NCBI GenBank assembly: GCA_965208905.1
Contig: OZ242365.1
Span: forward strand, 1,120,001 to 1,184,000
Source: Nitrosopumilaceae archaeon
GTDB lineage: Archaea; Thermoproteota; Nitrososphaeria; Nitrososphaerales; Nitrosopumilaceae
Length of the DNA stretch: 64,000 nucleotides
Direction of reading: 5' to 3'
Shown here: piece by piece, positions 19,439 through 28,686 of the stretch
Layout of the letters: every line of letters starts with the position of its first letter
How positions within the stretch are numbered: the stretch's first letter is position 1
Made by a program: the position numbers and the translations under genes
Notes under the pieces: generated by a model
What the model saw: the letters and a program-made list of their open reading frames with translations, nothing else
What the model was told of the DNA's origin: nothing
The model's database searches: none

Positions 19439-20412
19439 TGTATTGGTCCCTCGTTGACCTTTACCATGCGGGCCACCAAAAAGTGGGCGGCGACATTTAT
19501 GCTCAGCCCCACTGCCAGTAGGATCAGTCCAATACCTACGAGCGCGGCCGGGTGTAAACTTACCGGCGATGCCTCAATGAACTCGTTGGCTATTATACTG
19601 GGCATGGTCTGACTGGAGTCAAACAACGATTGAGGTATGGCTCGTAAGCCTGTCGTATTTCCAATCAACATGGTGACTGCCATCGTCTCTCCCACGGCCC
19701 TACCTAGTCCCAACATGGATGCCCCCAACAGGCCCGTCTTTGAGTACGGGAATATGGCCATACGAAACATTTCAAATGTGGTGGAGCCTAACATGTATGC
19801 TGCCTCTCTCTGTTGTTGAGGAACTGCCATCATGACCTCACGAGATATGGATGATATGGTGGGTATGATCATTATGGCCAGTATTATACTGGCAGTCATT
19901 ATGTCTAGACCAAAAGGCGTTCCCCCAAACAAGAATATGGAGTCGCCGAACATGTCGTGTAGTGGCTTTTCCACCAAATCCCTAAAGTATATTCGAAACA
20001 CAAACAGCCCCCACAACCCAAACACCACACTGGGAACCGCTTCTATGAGTTCTACCAGATATCCCAATGGCTGTCCAATCTTTTTTGGGATTATCATTAC
20101 CAACATTGCTATACCTATACTTAGTGGAAATCCAATGGCAAGTGCAATGGCACTGGTTATCAGCGTACCTAATATGTATGGGAATGCCCCAAACGACTCC
20201 CTTCCAGGTACGGGATTCCAGTCTGTACCGGTGATGAATCCAATGCCCTCCTCCTCCCAAATGGGCATGGACTCTATCCCTAACTGTAGTACTATTATGA
20301 GTATTACAGCTAGAACGTAGGCCCCCGCCGCCGCTGCAGCAAATTTGAATATCTTATCTGAGAGTAACGACTTCTTCTCCTTTTCATCCCGCTTGAACCA
20401 CTGCTTTGCCAT
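19435..20412 (-). CDS. pstC: phosphate ABC transporter permease
   Basis: AVPSVVFGLWG and GRAVGETMAV motifs. Confidence 0.92.
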   Translation of the reverse strand: MAKQWFKRDEKEKKSLLSDKIFKFAAAAAGAYVLAVILIIVLQLGIESMPIWEEEGIGFITGTDWNPVPGRESFGAFPYILGTLITSAIALAIGFPLSIGIAMLVMIIPKKIGQPLGYLVELIEAVPSVVFGLWGLFVFRIYFRDLVEKPLHDMFGDSIFLFGGTPFGLDIMTASIILAIMIIPTISSISREVMMAVPQQQREAAYMLGSTTFEMFRMAIFPYSKTGLLGASMLGLGRAVGETMAVTMLIGNTTGLRAIPQSLFDSSQTMPSIIANEFIEASPVSLHPAALVGIGLILLAVGLSINVAAHFLVARMVKVNEGPIH

Positions 20413-20530
20413 TACGATGAATTGTGAATGTGAAAATATGTGGAATACATAAATAGATTACACAGTACATACTCCTCTATGTTATCTATATAGAATACCT
20501 GTATAATATAAGATACGCCTATGAAATAGT

Positions 20531-21592
20531 GTGGGCTACACAAAGCAGACAAGAAAGTTACAAAAGAGTGGCGGCTCAACATATGTAGTATCACTTCCCC
20601 GTGATTGGGTGATGAAGATGAACCTAAATTCCGGTGATGATATATTGATGTCCGTAAATGTAAACAACTCTTTAACCATACATCCTGATGCCCATAAAGC
20701 GGATCATAAACAGGCCGTTGCAGTTGTGGGTCCCAAGGACTCGGATGAGTCCATTAGACGTAAGGTGGTGGCAATGTATCTGGCCGGTTATGACTCCATC
20801 AAAATAACGGCAAAAGGCATACGATTAGGCCCAGGTCAATTGAATATAGTGCGGGCATTTGCCCGCTCCTCAATGGTAGGTACAGAGATAATTGAGTCTA
20901 GCCCGGAATTTATAACAATTAAAATTCTTACACGCCTACCCGAATTGACGTTTTCTACAGGTCTACTTAGAATGTGCAACATGACTGTGGAGATGCATAA
21001 AGAGGCATTGGAGGCGGTAATGGCAAAAGATGAAGAGTATGCCAAAGAGGTGGTGAAACTTGATGATGAGATAGATAGGTTCACGTTTTACATGATGCGC
21101 AATCTGAACATGGCTGTCGGTGATGCCAATGTAATGCAAGAGATGTCGTTGGGTGGTCCGAGAGACTGTATGCATTACAGAACCGCAATTTCACGTGTAG
21201 AGCGGGTGGCAGACCATGCAGTACTTATAGCCAAAAAGGTCAAGTTCCTCTCCGAAAGTGTAAATCCTGAAATTATGACTAGAATGCAGGATCTCTCCGG
21301 ATCTGTAATGAGTCTGTTCGAATCATCTGTAAGTGCACTAGTGGAGTCTGATTATGTGGCAGCTGAAGAGGTATCTGGACGTATTCCTCACATATATGTA
21401 ATTCAAGAGGAGCTTATGATGTCCATAAAAAAGTCATCTCCGAATGTGACTGCTATAAAATTCATACTAGACAGTATTCGGCGTTCTTTGGAGTATACTG
21501 CAGATATCACCGAAGTGGTTATGGATCTAAATATTGAAAAGGTAATCGATGTGAATCTTCCACATAAAGTAGTTGATGCAGTGGCCCGATAG
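20531..21592 (+). CDS. AbrB-PhoU phosphate regulator
   Basis: RKLQKSGGSTYVVSLP N-terminus plus PhoU repeats (ERVADH). Confidence 0.88.
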   Translation: MGYTKQTRKLQKSGGSTYVVSLPRDWVMKMNLNSGDDILMSVNVNNSLTIHPDAHKADHKQAVAVVGPKDSDESIRRKVVAMYLAGYDSIKITAKGIRLGPGQLNIVRAFARSSMVGTEIIESSPEFITIKILTRLPELTFSTGLLRMCNMTVEMHKEALEAVMAKDEEYAKEVVKLDDEIDRFTFYMMRNLNMAVGDANVMQEMSLGGPRDCMHYRTAISRVERVADHAVLIAKKVKFLSESVNPEIMTRMQDLSGSVMSLFESSVSALVESDYVAAEEVSGRIPHIYVIQEELMMSIKKSSPNVTAIKFILDSIRRSLEYTADITEVVMDLNIEKVIDVNLPHKVVDAVAR

Positions 21593-21602
21593 ATATGGAG
21601 AT

Positions 21603-22073
21603 ATGGTAAACTTCTCTACTATTGTTGCAGACCTCCAAGAGGCATTACAACACGACATGCCGCAGATAAGGTTTCTGTTGTTGAAGAACCCTGCCATGGC
21701 ATATACTCGTATAGTGGAGATAGGTCGTGATGTGGGCTTAAAGTATGGCATACAATTGATTGTAAACTTTCCCCACGAAGGGAAGATAGAGAAGTTTGAT
21801 ATGTATGGGAAGCAAGATCTCAGCTTGATAATAGACAAGGAGCGTCGTAACTTTCCCATATCCAGAAGTATAGTGAAAGATAAGGCCAAAGAAATATTTG
21901 GTGACGTCAAAGTTGAGGATGCTTATATGTATGAAGGCAAGGAGGGAGCTCGGGTCTGGACTCTGAATGGCAAGATAGACATACTGCCCCACTCCCTTCA
22001 TATATGGACTTACTTTGATGATGATGTCATGTTATACTGTGATTGGCTTTTAGAGAACGTGTATCAACTGTAA
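21603..22073 (+). CDS. conserved hypothetical protein
   Basis: Protein-like ORF directly following the regulator. Confidence 0.7.
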   Translation: MVNFSTIVADLQEALQHDMPQIRFLLLKNPAMAYTRIVEIGRDVGLKYGIQLIVNFPHEGKIEKFDMYGKQDLSLIIDKERRNFPISRSIVKDKAKEIFGDVKVEDAYMYEGKEGARVWTLNGKIDILPHSLHIWTYFDDDVMLYCDWLLENVYQL

Positions 22074-22074
22074 C

Positions 22075-22431
22075 TTAGTCGGACAGTTGGGATAACAGGG
22101 ACTTTGCCTCTTCGTGTTCGGAGTCTATCTTTAGTATCTGCATGCAACATAATACTGCCTCCTGAGGTTGCTTGAGCGCCAGATGTACATTGGTCTTGAG
22201 CATAAGGGCTTCTATATCGTCATGCTGAAACGTAATGGCAGATTCAAAGTAGGGCAAGGCTCGAGCTGGCTCCTCAAGTATGTAGTATATGCTGCCCATT
22301 ATAAATAAAAAGTCATGATCTTCGGTGTATCTCTCTTCTATGGATTTGCCAAACTCCAAGGCTTCCGTGTATTCGCCCCTTTGAACCATCTTTCGTAGCT
22401 TTCTCTTTGGATATGTGAGTGAAAAGGGCAA
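22075..22431 (-). CDS. TPR-repeat protein
   Basis: Helical repeats such as GSIYYILEEPARALPYFESAI. Confidence 0.75.
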   Translation of the reverse strand: MPFSLTYPKRKLRKMVQRGEYTEALEFGKSIEERYTEDHDFLFIMGSIYYILEEPARALPYFESAITFQHDDIEALMLKTNVHLALKQPQEAVLCCMQILKIDSEHEEAKSLLSQLSD

Positions 22432-23916
22432 CTATGAGACTCGCAGTATGCCGTTTTGAATCAGGAACTGTAACCCTTGAACGAATGACTCATCATCAAT
22501 GGAGCCTTCCGCCCACCACATTGCCGTATTTTTAATCCAGTCCGGTATGGCTCCACCTGTACTATCCCCCGTCGACTCTGTAGGTGGTATGGACAGTATG
22601 CCGTTTTGAATCAGGAACTGTAACCCTTGAACGAATGACTCATCATCAATGGAGCCTTCCGCCCACCACATTGCCGTATTTTTAATCCAGTCAGGTATTA
22701 CTGCCACTGGCTTTGCACCAGAATAGACATCTATTGGTACCAAAAGATAGTCTCCTTCTGATGATGGGGGTACTACGCCGTCTTTTGACAGGCCGTATAT
22801 GTATATCAGATAGTTGGTCATACCGGCCTCATTTACTATAAACTCAATCTCTGCCTGACCCGATGGCGAGTACAGGTATAGTCTTCCCTCATCACTGGAT
22901 ATGGAGCGCTTAGGAGGTGTCAGTGGTTGACCTGATTCGTCCACATCGACCACCCAAAAGTCATACTGGACTTGATTGAGAAATTCAGTATCATCGTACT
23001 TTGAGATAAATTTGATTAACATTCTCATGGGACACTCTTCTACGGGTGGGTCTGGACTGTAAAAGACATGTAGTTGGTACTTGAAGAAGTGTGATGGCTT
23101 CTTTATGGACTGATCAAGGCCATCTATGCTCGGACATCCCAACTGTGATTGTTGCTGCGCAGTGGATTCGATGTCGGCAAACGGATTTTCAGTCACACCA
23201 CTTCTGTACTCTTGAAGTTCAAACTCATACTCTCGAGGTGGTATACCTTCAGATACATGCGTCCATGTGAGCGCCTTTATGGGAAACGGGAATCCGTCCG
23301 CGACCCATATTTGGCTGTTGGCCCCACCAGTTCTCCATCCCACTACTACTACATTGTCAAAATGACCGGCAGGTACATCATGGCCATCTACTAGTAACTC
23401 TTTTGGTAGTATCTGCTCGCCACCTATGTTGGCAATCTTGCCCCAGGATGGCAGTGAAAAGTCTTTTGGTTCATTCGCATTGGCAAACGCAGATAGCCAT
23501 ACCACTGATGATTTGAATGCTCCAATGTATGAACTTAATTCTGGGGAACCTCCTGTGGGTTCTGGTGCTATCTTTCCTAACTCCATCTGGCCGACCGTTA
23601 TCCTACTACCATCATATGTGACAACATGAGCCAACCACTTAGTCTCGGTTCCCACTTGTATATCCTTCTCAATCCATATGTCCATGCTGAACTCTGCACA
23701 CTCTTTGTAGTCTACATGACACATATCATAAGAGTAGTAGTCGCCTATCTGCATACCTTCACCCACATGCCAGTCTCCATTATAGTCCACTCCGCCCTGT
23801 TGAAACTGTGCCATGGCCATATCCACTTGGCTTAGTAGTATTATACAACTAAACAGTACTAGGGTTATTGATGCACACAAATCTACTCTTTTCATAATGT
23901 ACAAAATACACATCAC
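22432..23916 (-). CDS. secreted protein with two C-terminal thaumarchaeal IPxWIKNxAxWW domains
   Basis: Signal peptide; duplicated IPDWIKNTAMWWAEGSIDDESFVQGLQFLIQNGIL. Confidence 0.8.
   Translation of the reverse strand: MMCILYIMKRVDLCASITLVLFSCIILLSQVDMAMAQFQQGGVDYNGDWHVGEGMQIGDYYSYDMCHVDYKECAEFSMDIWIEKDIQVGTETKWLAHVVTYDGSRITVGQMELGKIAPEPTGGSPELSSYIGAFKSSVVWLSAFANANEPKDFSLPSWGKIANIGGEQILPKELLVDGHDVPAGHFDNVVVVGWRTGGANSQIWVADGFPFPIKALTWTHVSEGIPPREYEFELQEYRSGVTENPFADIESTAQQQSQLGCPSIDGLDQSIKKPSHFFKYQLHVFYSPDPPVEECPMRMLIKFISKYDDTEFLNQVQYDFWVVDVDESGQPLTPPKRSISSDEGRLYLYSPSGQAEIEFIVNEAGMTNYLIYIYGLSKDGVVPPSSEGDYLLVPIDVYSGAKPVAVIPDWIKNTAMWWAEGSIDDESFVQGLQFLIQNGILSIPPTESTGDSTGGAIPDWIKNTAMWWAEGSIDDESFVQGLQFLIQNGILRVS
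22444..22692. repeat. two identical ~99-bp copies, 150-bp period
   Basis: 22444-22542 matches 22594-22692 at the nucleotide level. Confidence 0.85.
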
Positions 23917-24000
23917 TAATATTAAGACTTAATGCATTATCGGGGTCCGAAGCTGATTTTGGTATGACAAATATAGAGGGTAGATTATACTGTACATGTT

Positions 24001-24159
24001 ATGTGCGACTGCTCAAAGGTACACCTGTATGAGGTGGAGTTCAAGTTGAACGGCATGGTTGTTGTTCCAGTACACAAGAACTGTGGCTTTGCATTGGGGG
24101 AGAAACAGGCAGACAAGCTCCAAAAGGAGCTGGTAAAGTTATGGGGATTTGAAGAATAA
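24001..24159 (+). CDS. small Cys/His protein (52 aa), not in ORF track
   Basis: Hand translation: MCDCSKVHLYEVEFKLNGMVVVPVHKNCGFALGEKQADKLQKELVKLWGFEE*. Confidence 0.65.
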   Translation: MCDCSKVHLYEVEFKLNGMVVVPVHKNCGFALGEKQADKLQKELVKLWGFEE

Positions 24160-24180
24160 ATAAATTAAAATGTACTAAAC

Positions 24181-24315
24181 TTAACGATCAGCATTCTTGC
24201 ATACGTCGTTGGGACATGCGCAATTCACATCACAGTAGCATGAAGCTTGTAACGCGCAATCACATTCTGTACCTGCTTCTAATGCTGCTTGGCAACCACA
24301 TGCGGGATCTACCAT
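24181..24315 (-). CDS. metallothionein-like Cys-rich peptide (44 aa), not in ORF track
   Basis: Hand translation: MVDPACGCQAALEAGTECDCALQASCYCDVNCACPNDVCKNADR*. TTTAAATAA box ~21-29 nt upstream. Confidence 0.7.
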   Translation of the reverse strand: MVDPACGCQAALEAGTECDCALQASCYCDVNCACPNDVCKNADR

Positions 24316-24350
24316 GTTTGCATTATTCTAAAATGTTATTTAAAGTTGTA

Positions 24351-25181
24351 CTACTTTATTTGTGAATTTAAATTCTCTAAAATAAACTCTATCTCGTGAC
24401 GGATTAGAGATGTATTATCCTTGGCCTCTCCCACATCCATGGCAATACTACAAACAAACTCATGATGTGTGGGATTTGTATACATGGCAGCGCTTGCCTG
24501 ATGACATAGGTAATAGTAACAGTCAGCTAGACGCTGCTCCTGTAACAGTATATCTGTCTTGTACTGTATTATCTCTGCTGACTGTTGTTGATGTATGCCG
24601 GTTACGGCCTTACTCATTCTGTTTAATAGCGTTGTAGATGTCCTCTCCATACCCCACATGCCTGATATGCGTGCAACCGTATCTGAGTGATCTTTTACAT
24701 GCCGAAGATGCTCTAGCGCATGTGTGGATGATACATGATGATTCATTGCAAGAACTGCATCACACAAGTGCATATTGGCACACTTTTGCCAGCAGGTTGC
24801 CATTGTTGGTGTATTGGCGTTTTGTGCACGTGCAGTACATACCATGGAGTTGGTCAAACTGATTCTGGCACAATCACAGAATATTTCGGCTATGCGGGGC
24901 TTTATGTTTTGAATTAGCGATGCCAACATCATTGTATCATCCTGTATTATGTTCATTGTGGAGTATCCTGCTAAAATAAACGACCTTGACTCGTTTATAC
25001 TGCCATGATGTATTATTATGGTCCGATCATCACAAGTATACACAGTAGACGGTACTGTGACATCTTCATCAAATATGATTATGTCGTGTATGCACGTGGG
25101 ATATCCAGTATTGTTGGCATGACAACCTACCAGAGCAATTGGATAACTCCCCAAGCCAGATATAATACGTTTAAGGTTCAC
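24351..25181 (-). CDS. hypothetical protein (possible degenerate nucleotidyltransferase fold)
   Basis: 276-aa ORF with N-terminal LVGC...HDIIIF. Confidence 0.65.
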   Translation of the reverse strand: MNLKRIISGLGSYPIALVGCHANNTGYPTCIHDIIIFDEDVTVPSTVYTCDDRTIIIHHGSINESRSFILAGYSTMNIIQDDTMMLASLIQNIKPRIAEIFCDCARISLTNSMVCTARAQNANTPTMATCWQKCANMHLCDAVLAMNHHVSSTHALEHLRHVKDHSDTVARISGMWGMERTSTTLLNRMSKAVTGIHQQQSAEIIQYKTDILLQEQRLADCYYYLCHQASAAMYTNPTHHEFVCSIAMDVGEAKDNTSLIRHEIEFILENLNSQIK

Positions 25182-25264
25182 TATGTGTGGCAGTTATGTC
25201 TACGAACTAAAAAAGCATGATTGTTCCCTTGCGTTTAAATTAAGATGTAAAGTAAATAAAGAGG

Positions 25265-25340
25265 GCTCCTGTGGTGTAGTCCGGCTAAGCATACTGCCCT
25301 CTCAAGGCAGTGATCCCGGGTTCAAATCCCGGCGGGAGCA
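25265..25340 (+). tRNA. tRNA-Glu(CTC)
   Basis: Cloverleaf with anticodon arm CTGCC-CT-CTC-AA-GGCAG and GGTTCAAATCC T-arm. Confidence 0.95.
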
Positions 25341-25380
25341 CTCAAACATTAATTATAGTATGGTGTATAGTCATGATGTT

Positions 25381-25483
25381 GCCGGGGTCGCCTAGCCTGG
25401 TAGGGCGCGCGCCTGGAAATCTAAGAGACCACACAGCGCGTTCTCGCAAGGGATCGGGAGTTCAAATCTCCCTCCCGGCGCCA
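25381..25483 (+). tRNA. tRNA-Ser(GGA) with 16-nt intron (25419-25434)
   Basis: CGCGC-CT-GGA-A-[intron]-A-GCGCG, long variable arm, GTTCAAATC, encoded CCA. Confidence 0.9.
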
Positions 25484-25921
25484 TTACTTCCATACTGTTA
25501 CTGTGACCCAGTCCTGTATTGTGTGCCCGCCTGCATATGTGCCTTCTACGGATATGCGGTATAGTCCTTCTAGAACTATATCTCCGTCATTTTTGGTCTG
25601 ATTCCACATAATTGTATAATCAAGACCCGGCGGTAGAAAACTATCTGTATGTTCGCCACCATCATACATGATCATGCCTGAAAGGCCAGTTATTCGTAAA
25701 TTCCACTGCGTTGAGGTCTCCAGTGGTATGGTTCCAGTGTTTACCACTCTTACTTGTATGGGTTCCCCCCGTTTGTAGTCACTCTTATCGGTTATGACAC
25801 TGATTGAGGCGCCTTCTACATATGTGAGACTATTACTGTCTAGATTCAAAAGTGTCACTCCAACAACCAATCCTGAAGCTGCACCCACTGACATAAACAC
25901 TGCCAGTGTCTTTTGTAACAA
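25484..25921 (-). CDS. membrane-anchored Ig-like hypothetical protein
   Basis: N-terminal TM segment; TDKSDYKRGEPI and WNQTKNDG...GLY motifs. Confidence 0.75.
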   Translation of the reverse strand: MLQKTLAVFMSVGAASGLVVGVTLLNLDSNSLTYVEGASISVITDKSDYKRGEPIQVRVVNTGTIPLETSTQWNLRITGLSGMIMYDGGEHTDSFLPPGLDYTIMWNQTKNDGDIVLEGLYRISVEGTYAGGHTIQDWVTVTVWK

Positions 25922-26917
25922 TTATGAATGCCTTCCCTTTGTACGCCATCGTCGTGGATATGTATTTGGAGCCATTATTATACGACGTGTCTCAAAACAA
26001 TGTCCCTTTGTAGCGTCACGAATTTCCGACTCAGTCATCTTACATTCGGCTAGTGCCACTGCCTCCCCCTTCTGAGTGTATATGGCCACCGTCTCGTGTC
26101 GGTTTAGTTCTGGTGACATCTGTAGTATTCCAGGTACGGCCAGCTGGGCCCCATGACAGAGTGCGTCCACTGCCGAATCTCGTATTACCACTGACTTGAG
26201 TCTGCTGAGAGCCGCCTCGACTGGATATATCATGGATCTCAACAGTGTGGAGTCTCCACTCTCCTTCCATGTATCGTATGCATCTGAGAGATGGTGTAGT
26301 GTGACTAGTTTGTCTTGTTCTGTGAACTGATTCACCATTGTGCGGCGTAACTCAATCATTGTGGCGCCCGGACCCAATATCTCGCCTATATCGTATAACA
26401 ACTTTCGGATATAAGTGCCTGACTCGCATGATATCTGTAGTAAGGCCAGACGCTCTTTCTGTTCTAATAACTTCATGCTGTGTATTGTGCGTGTACGGGT
26501 ACGACGGCGAACGCTGGAGCGCTGAGGCGGTCTTTGGTATATCATACCGGTAAACTCAGAGAGTACCTCATCTAGTCTCTGTTTTGTAGGCAGTGTGTGG
26601 AACCTACAGACTGCATGATACTCTTTGGGACCATACAATAAAACCCCCAAGGCCTTTGTTGCCTCACCTAGACCCAAAGGCAGCACGCCAGATACTTGAG
26701 GGTCCAAAGTACCACTGTGGCCCACCTTTGGTAACCCTAGTATGCGCTTTGTCCAGGCTACTGTCTCGTGACTTGTGGGTCCTGGAGGTTTGTCCAGTAG
26801 TATTATGCCGTATTGGAGCAACTGCTCTATACTGCGATTGTTATAGGCAGTACCATATGCAGAGTCAGTTATGTCTTGATCTATCTCGACCAAGCCTTCC
26901 AGCTGAGATAGCGTCAT
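25922..26917 (-). CDS. cbf5: H/ACA pseudouridine synthase Cbf5
   Basis: LDKPPGPTSHE, GHSGTLDP and GTYIRKL motifs; PUA domain. Confidence 0.95.
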   Translation of the reverse strand: MTLSQLEGLVEIDQDITDSAYGTAYNNRSIEQLLQYGIILLDKPPGPTSHETVAWTKRILGLPKVGHSGTLDPQVSGVLPLGLGEATKALGVLLYGPKEYHAVCRFHTLPTKQRLDEVLSEFTGMIYQRPPQRSSVRRRTRTRTIHSMKLLEQKERLALLQISCESGTYIRKLLYDIGEILGPGATMIELRRTMVNQFTEQDKLVTLHHLSDAYDTWKESGDSTLLRSMIYPVEAALSRLKSVVIRDSAVDALCHGAQLAVPGILQMSPELNRHETVAIYTQKGEAVALAECKMTESEIRDATKGHCFETRRIIMAPNTYPRRWRTKGRHS

Positions 26918-27474
26918 ATCATGTCATCCAACTTTTCAACGACCTCTCTTATCACTTGAGATATTCCCTTACCGTCAGTCTGTATAATTATATCAAATAT
27001 GCCATTATCTACACCAAAATCAAACCCATAGTTGTTCTTGTATAGTGTACGGTTTCGCCTATATCTGTCCCGGGCAATTTTGTATGCATGCGCAGCATCC
27101 ACACCGTCTCGATTTTGCAGTCGGCGGGCACTAACATCCTCGGAGCATTCCAACCACACCCGTATGGCATCAGATGTTAGCCATGGTAGTGTATAGCTTG
27201 TTATGACTACGTCTCCGTCACTACAAATCTGCAACAACTTCTCATCCATCCTTCTATCAAAGTCAAAATTTTCTTCACGCATGGCTAAAAAGTTCATGCC
27301 ATCTACAGTGTCCCACCAATCATCTCCTGTGGGTGTAAATCCTTCCTTTCTGGCTATCTCTTTTAGTATGTCCCCGCCGCTAATGCAACTCATATTGTAT
27401 GTGTCAGCTAGGCTGCGAGCGATGGTAGACTTTCCCACTGCAGGTGGACCAGATAATATTATGGCACGAGTCAA
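26914..27474 (-). CDS. cmk: cytidylate kinase
   Basis: SGPPAVGKST P-loop; conserved position before cbf5. Confidence 0.85.
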   Translation of the reverse strand: MTRAIILSGPPAVGKSTIARSLADTYNMSCISGGDILKEIARKEGFTPTGDDWWDTVDGMNFLAMREENFDFDRRMDEKLLQICSDGDVVITSYTLPWLTSDAIRVWLECSEDVSARRLQNRDGVDAAHAYKIARDRYRRNRTLYKNNYGFDFGVDNGIFDIIIQTDGKGISQVIREVVEKLDDMI

Positions 27475-28103
27475 TTGAGTTCCATAGTAGTCTTTGTAAC
27501 CTTCATAATTATTCCACTAAACGCTATCGATGACAAAAAGTACCACGCCCACAAAAATAACGCATTCTCCACCTCGCATACGTGGTCTGGATCGGCCGCC
27601 TGCTCGGCAGTGCAGGTCAGCTGGAAGAAATCTCCAGGTATGACGTTTAACGATACTGGGGATATGGCTACTGTATATGAAAACAAGTACGGCAGGACAA
27701 AATAGAATATCAGTATCAGCGGTATGAACGTAATCATCATGGGACGCAGGTTCATCTGCATCATCTCCATCGATAGCTTGTTCATGTATGCGGATTTTTT
27801 ATTTAGTTGGTTTATGCGTTCTTGATCCTTGGAACGAAATGCTGCCATTCTCTCCTTGTTGAAGGCGCGGGTCTCCTTCATTATACGTCTCCATTTCACC
27901 TGATCTATCATCTTCTTTCGTATTGCCGAGTTGAGTAGGTTTAGCATTATGCCAAATCCTGATACCGCAAAAGCCGCCGCAATCAGGCCAGCAATTACAG
28001 GATCATCACTACCTAATGCTCCACGATCGCCCCCCAAGAACCCTAAAAAGCCACCATCATCCTGCAGGAATATGCCCTGAAGTAGTAAAAGTATACTTTC
28101 CAT
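27471..28103 (-). CDS. EMC3/TMCO1 (DUF106) membrane protein
   Basis: RPMMITFIP and WYFLSS motifs; lies between adk and cmk. Confidence 0.85.
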   Translation of the reverse strand: MESILLLLQGIFLQDDGGFLGFLGGDRGALGSDDPVIAGLIAAAFAVSGFGIMLNLLNSAIRKKMIDQVKWRRIMKETRAFNKERMAAFRSKDQERINQLNKKSAYMNKLSMEMMQMNLRPMMITFIPLILIFYFVLPYLFSYTVAISPVSLNVIPGDFFQLTCTAEQAADPDHVCEVENALFLWAWYFLSSIAFSGIIMKVTKTTMELN

Positions 28104-28107
28104 GATA

Positions 28108-28686
28108 CTATAATCCTATGGCCCTTATTACATCATTTGCTGCCTCGACTAGACGACCCTCTCTATTCACTATTGGTTTGACAGGAGATCCAGAGACCAC
28201 CGAGCAAGCGGATATCACGGCCGCCTGTAGGTCCAACTCCTGCTTTATAATATTCATGGTCACCAGATCTCGATTTCGTGTGGGGTCATTCATGCGTCTG
28301 TTGTATATCTCTTCGGGCTTTGCTGATACTGATATGTAATTGGTGGGTTTTAGTATGCGCAGTATGTTTTCAGGCAGTCCGGGATAGTAGCCAGAAGTGG
28401 TACTGATGAATGCATGAGTGTCTATTATTATTACGTCGCATTCTTCGTTGGCAATCCGCTCGGCCGCTGTCCTTTGAAGATTCTCCTGCTCTTTAGTGGG
28501 GAGGCATCGAATGACATCTCTGTCACGTATGCCGTTACGTCTTGCCTCCTCTAACATGGCACTGCCAAAACTCTTCACCAAGACAGTCTTACCACTGGAT
28601 TTTATCTTCTCAACTATGGTGTTTACAAGTGAGGTCTTCCCTACACCGGGTATGCCGACTATTACTATACGTTTAGCGGCGGCCAA
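28108..28686 (-). CDS. adkA: archaeal adenylate kinase
   Basis: GIPGVGKT, IDTH and GYYPGLP motifs; likely TTG start. Confidence 0.92.
   Translation of the reverse strand: MAAAKRIVIVGIPGVGKTSLVNTIVEKIKSSGKTVLVKSFGSAMLEEARRNGIRDRDVIRCLPTKEQENLQRTAAERIANEECDVIIIDTHAFISTTSGYYPGLPENILRILKPTNYISVSAKPEEIYNRRMNDPTRNRDLVTMNIIKQELDLQAAVISACSVVSGSPVKPIVNREGRLVEAANDVIRAIGL

Noticed and set aside
23964-24032. Frameshifted longer version of the 24001 ORF starting at ATG 23964
   Set aside because: The ATG at 24001 gives a complete small ORF, so no frameshift is needed.
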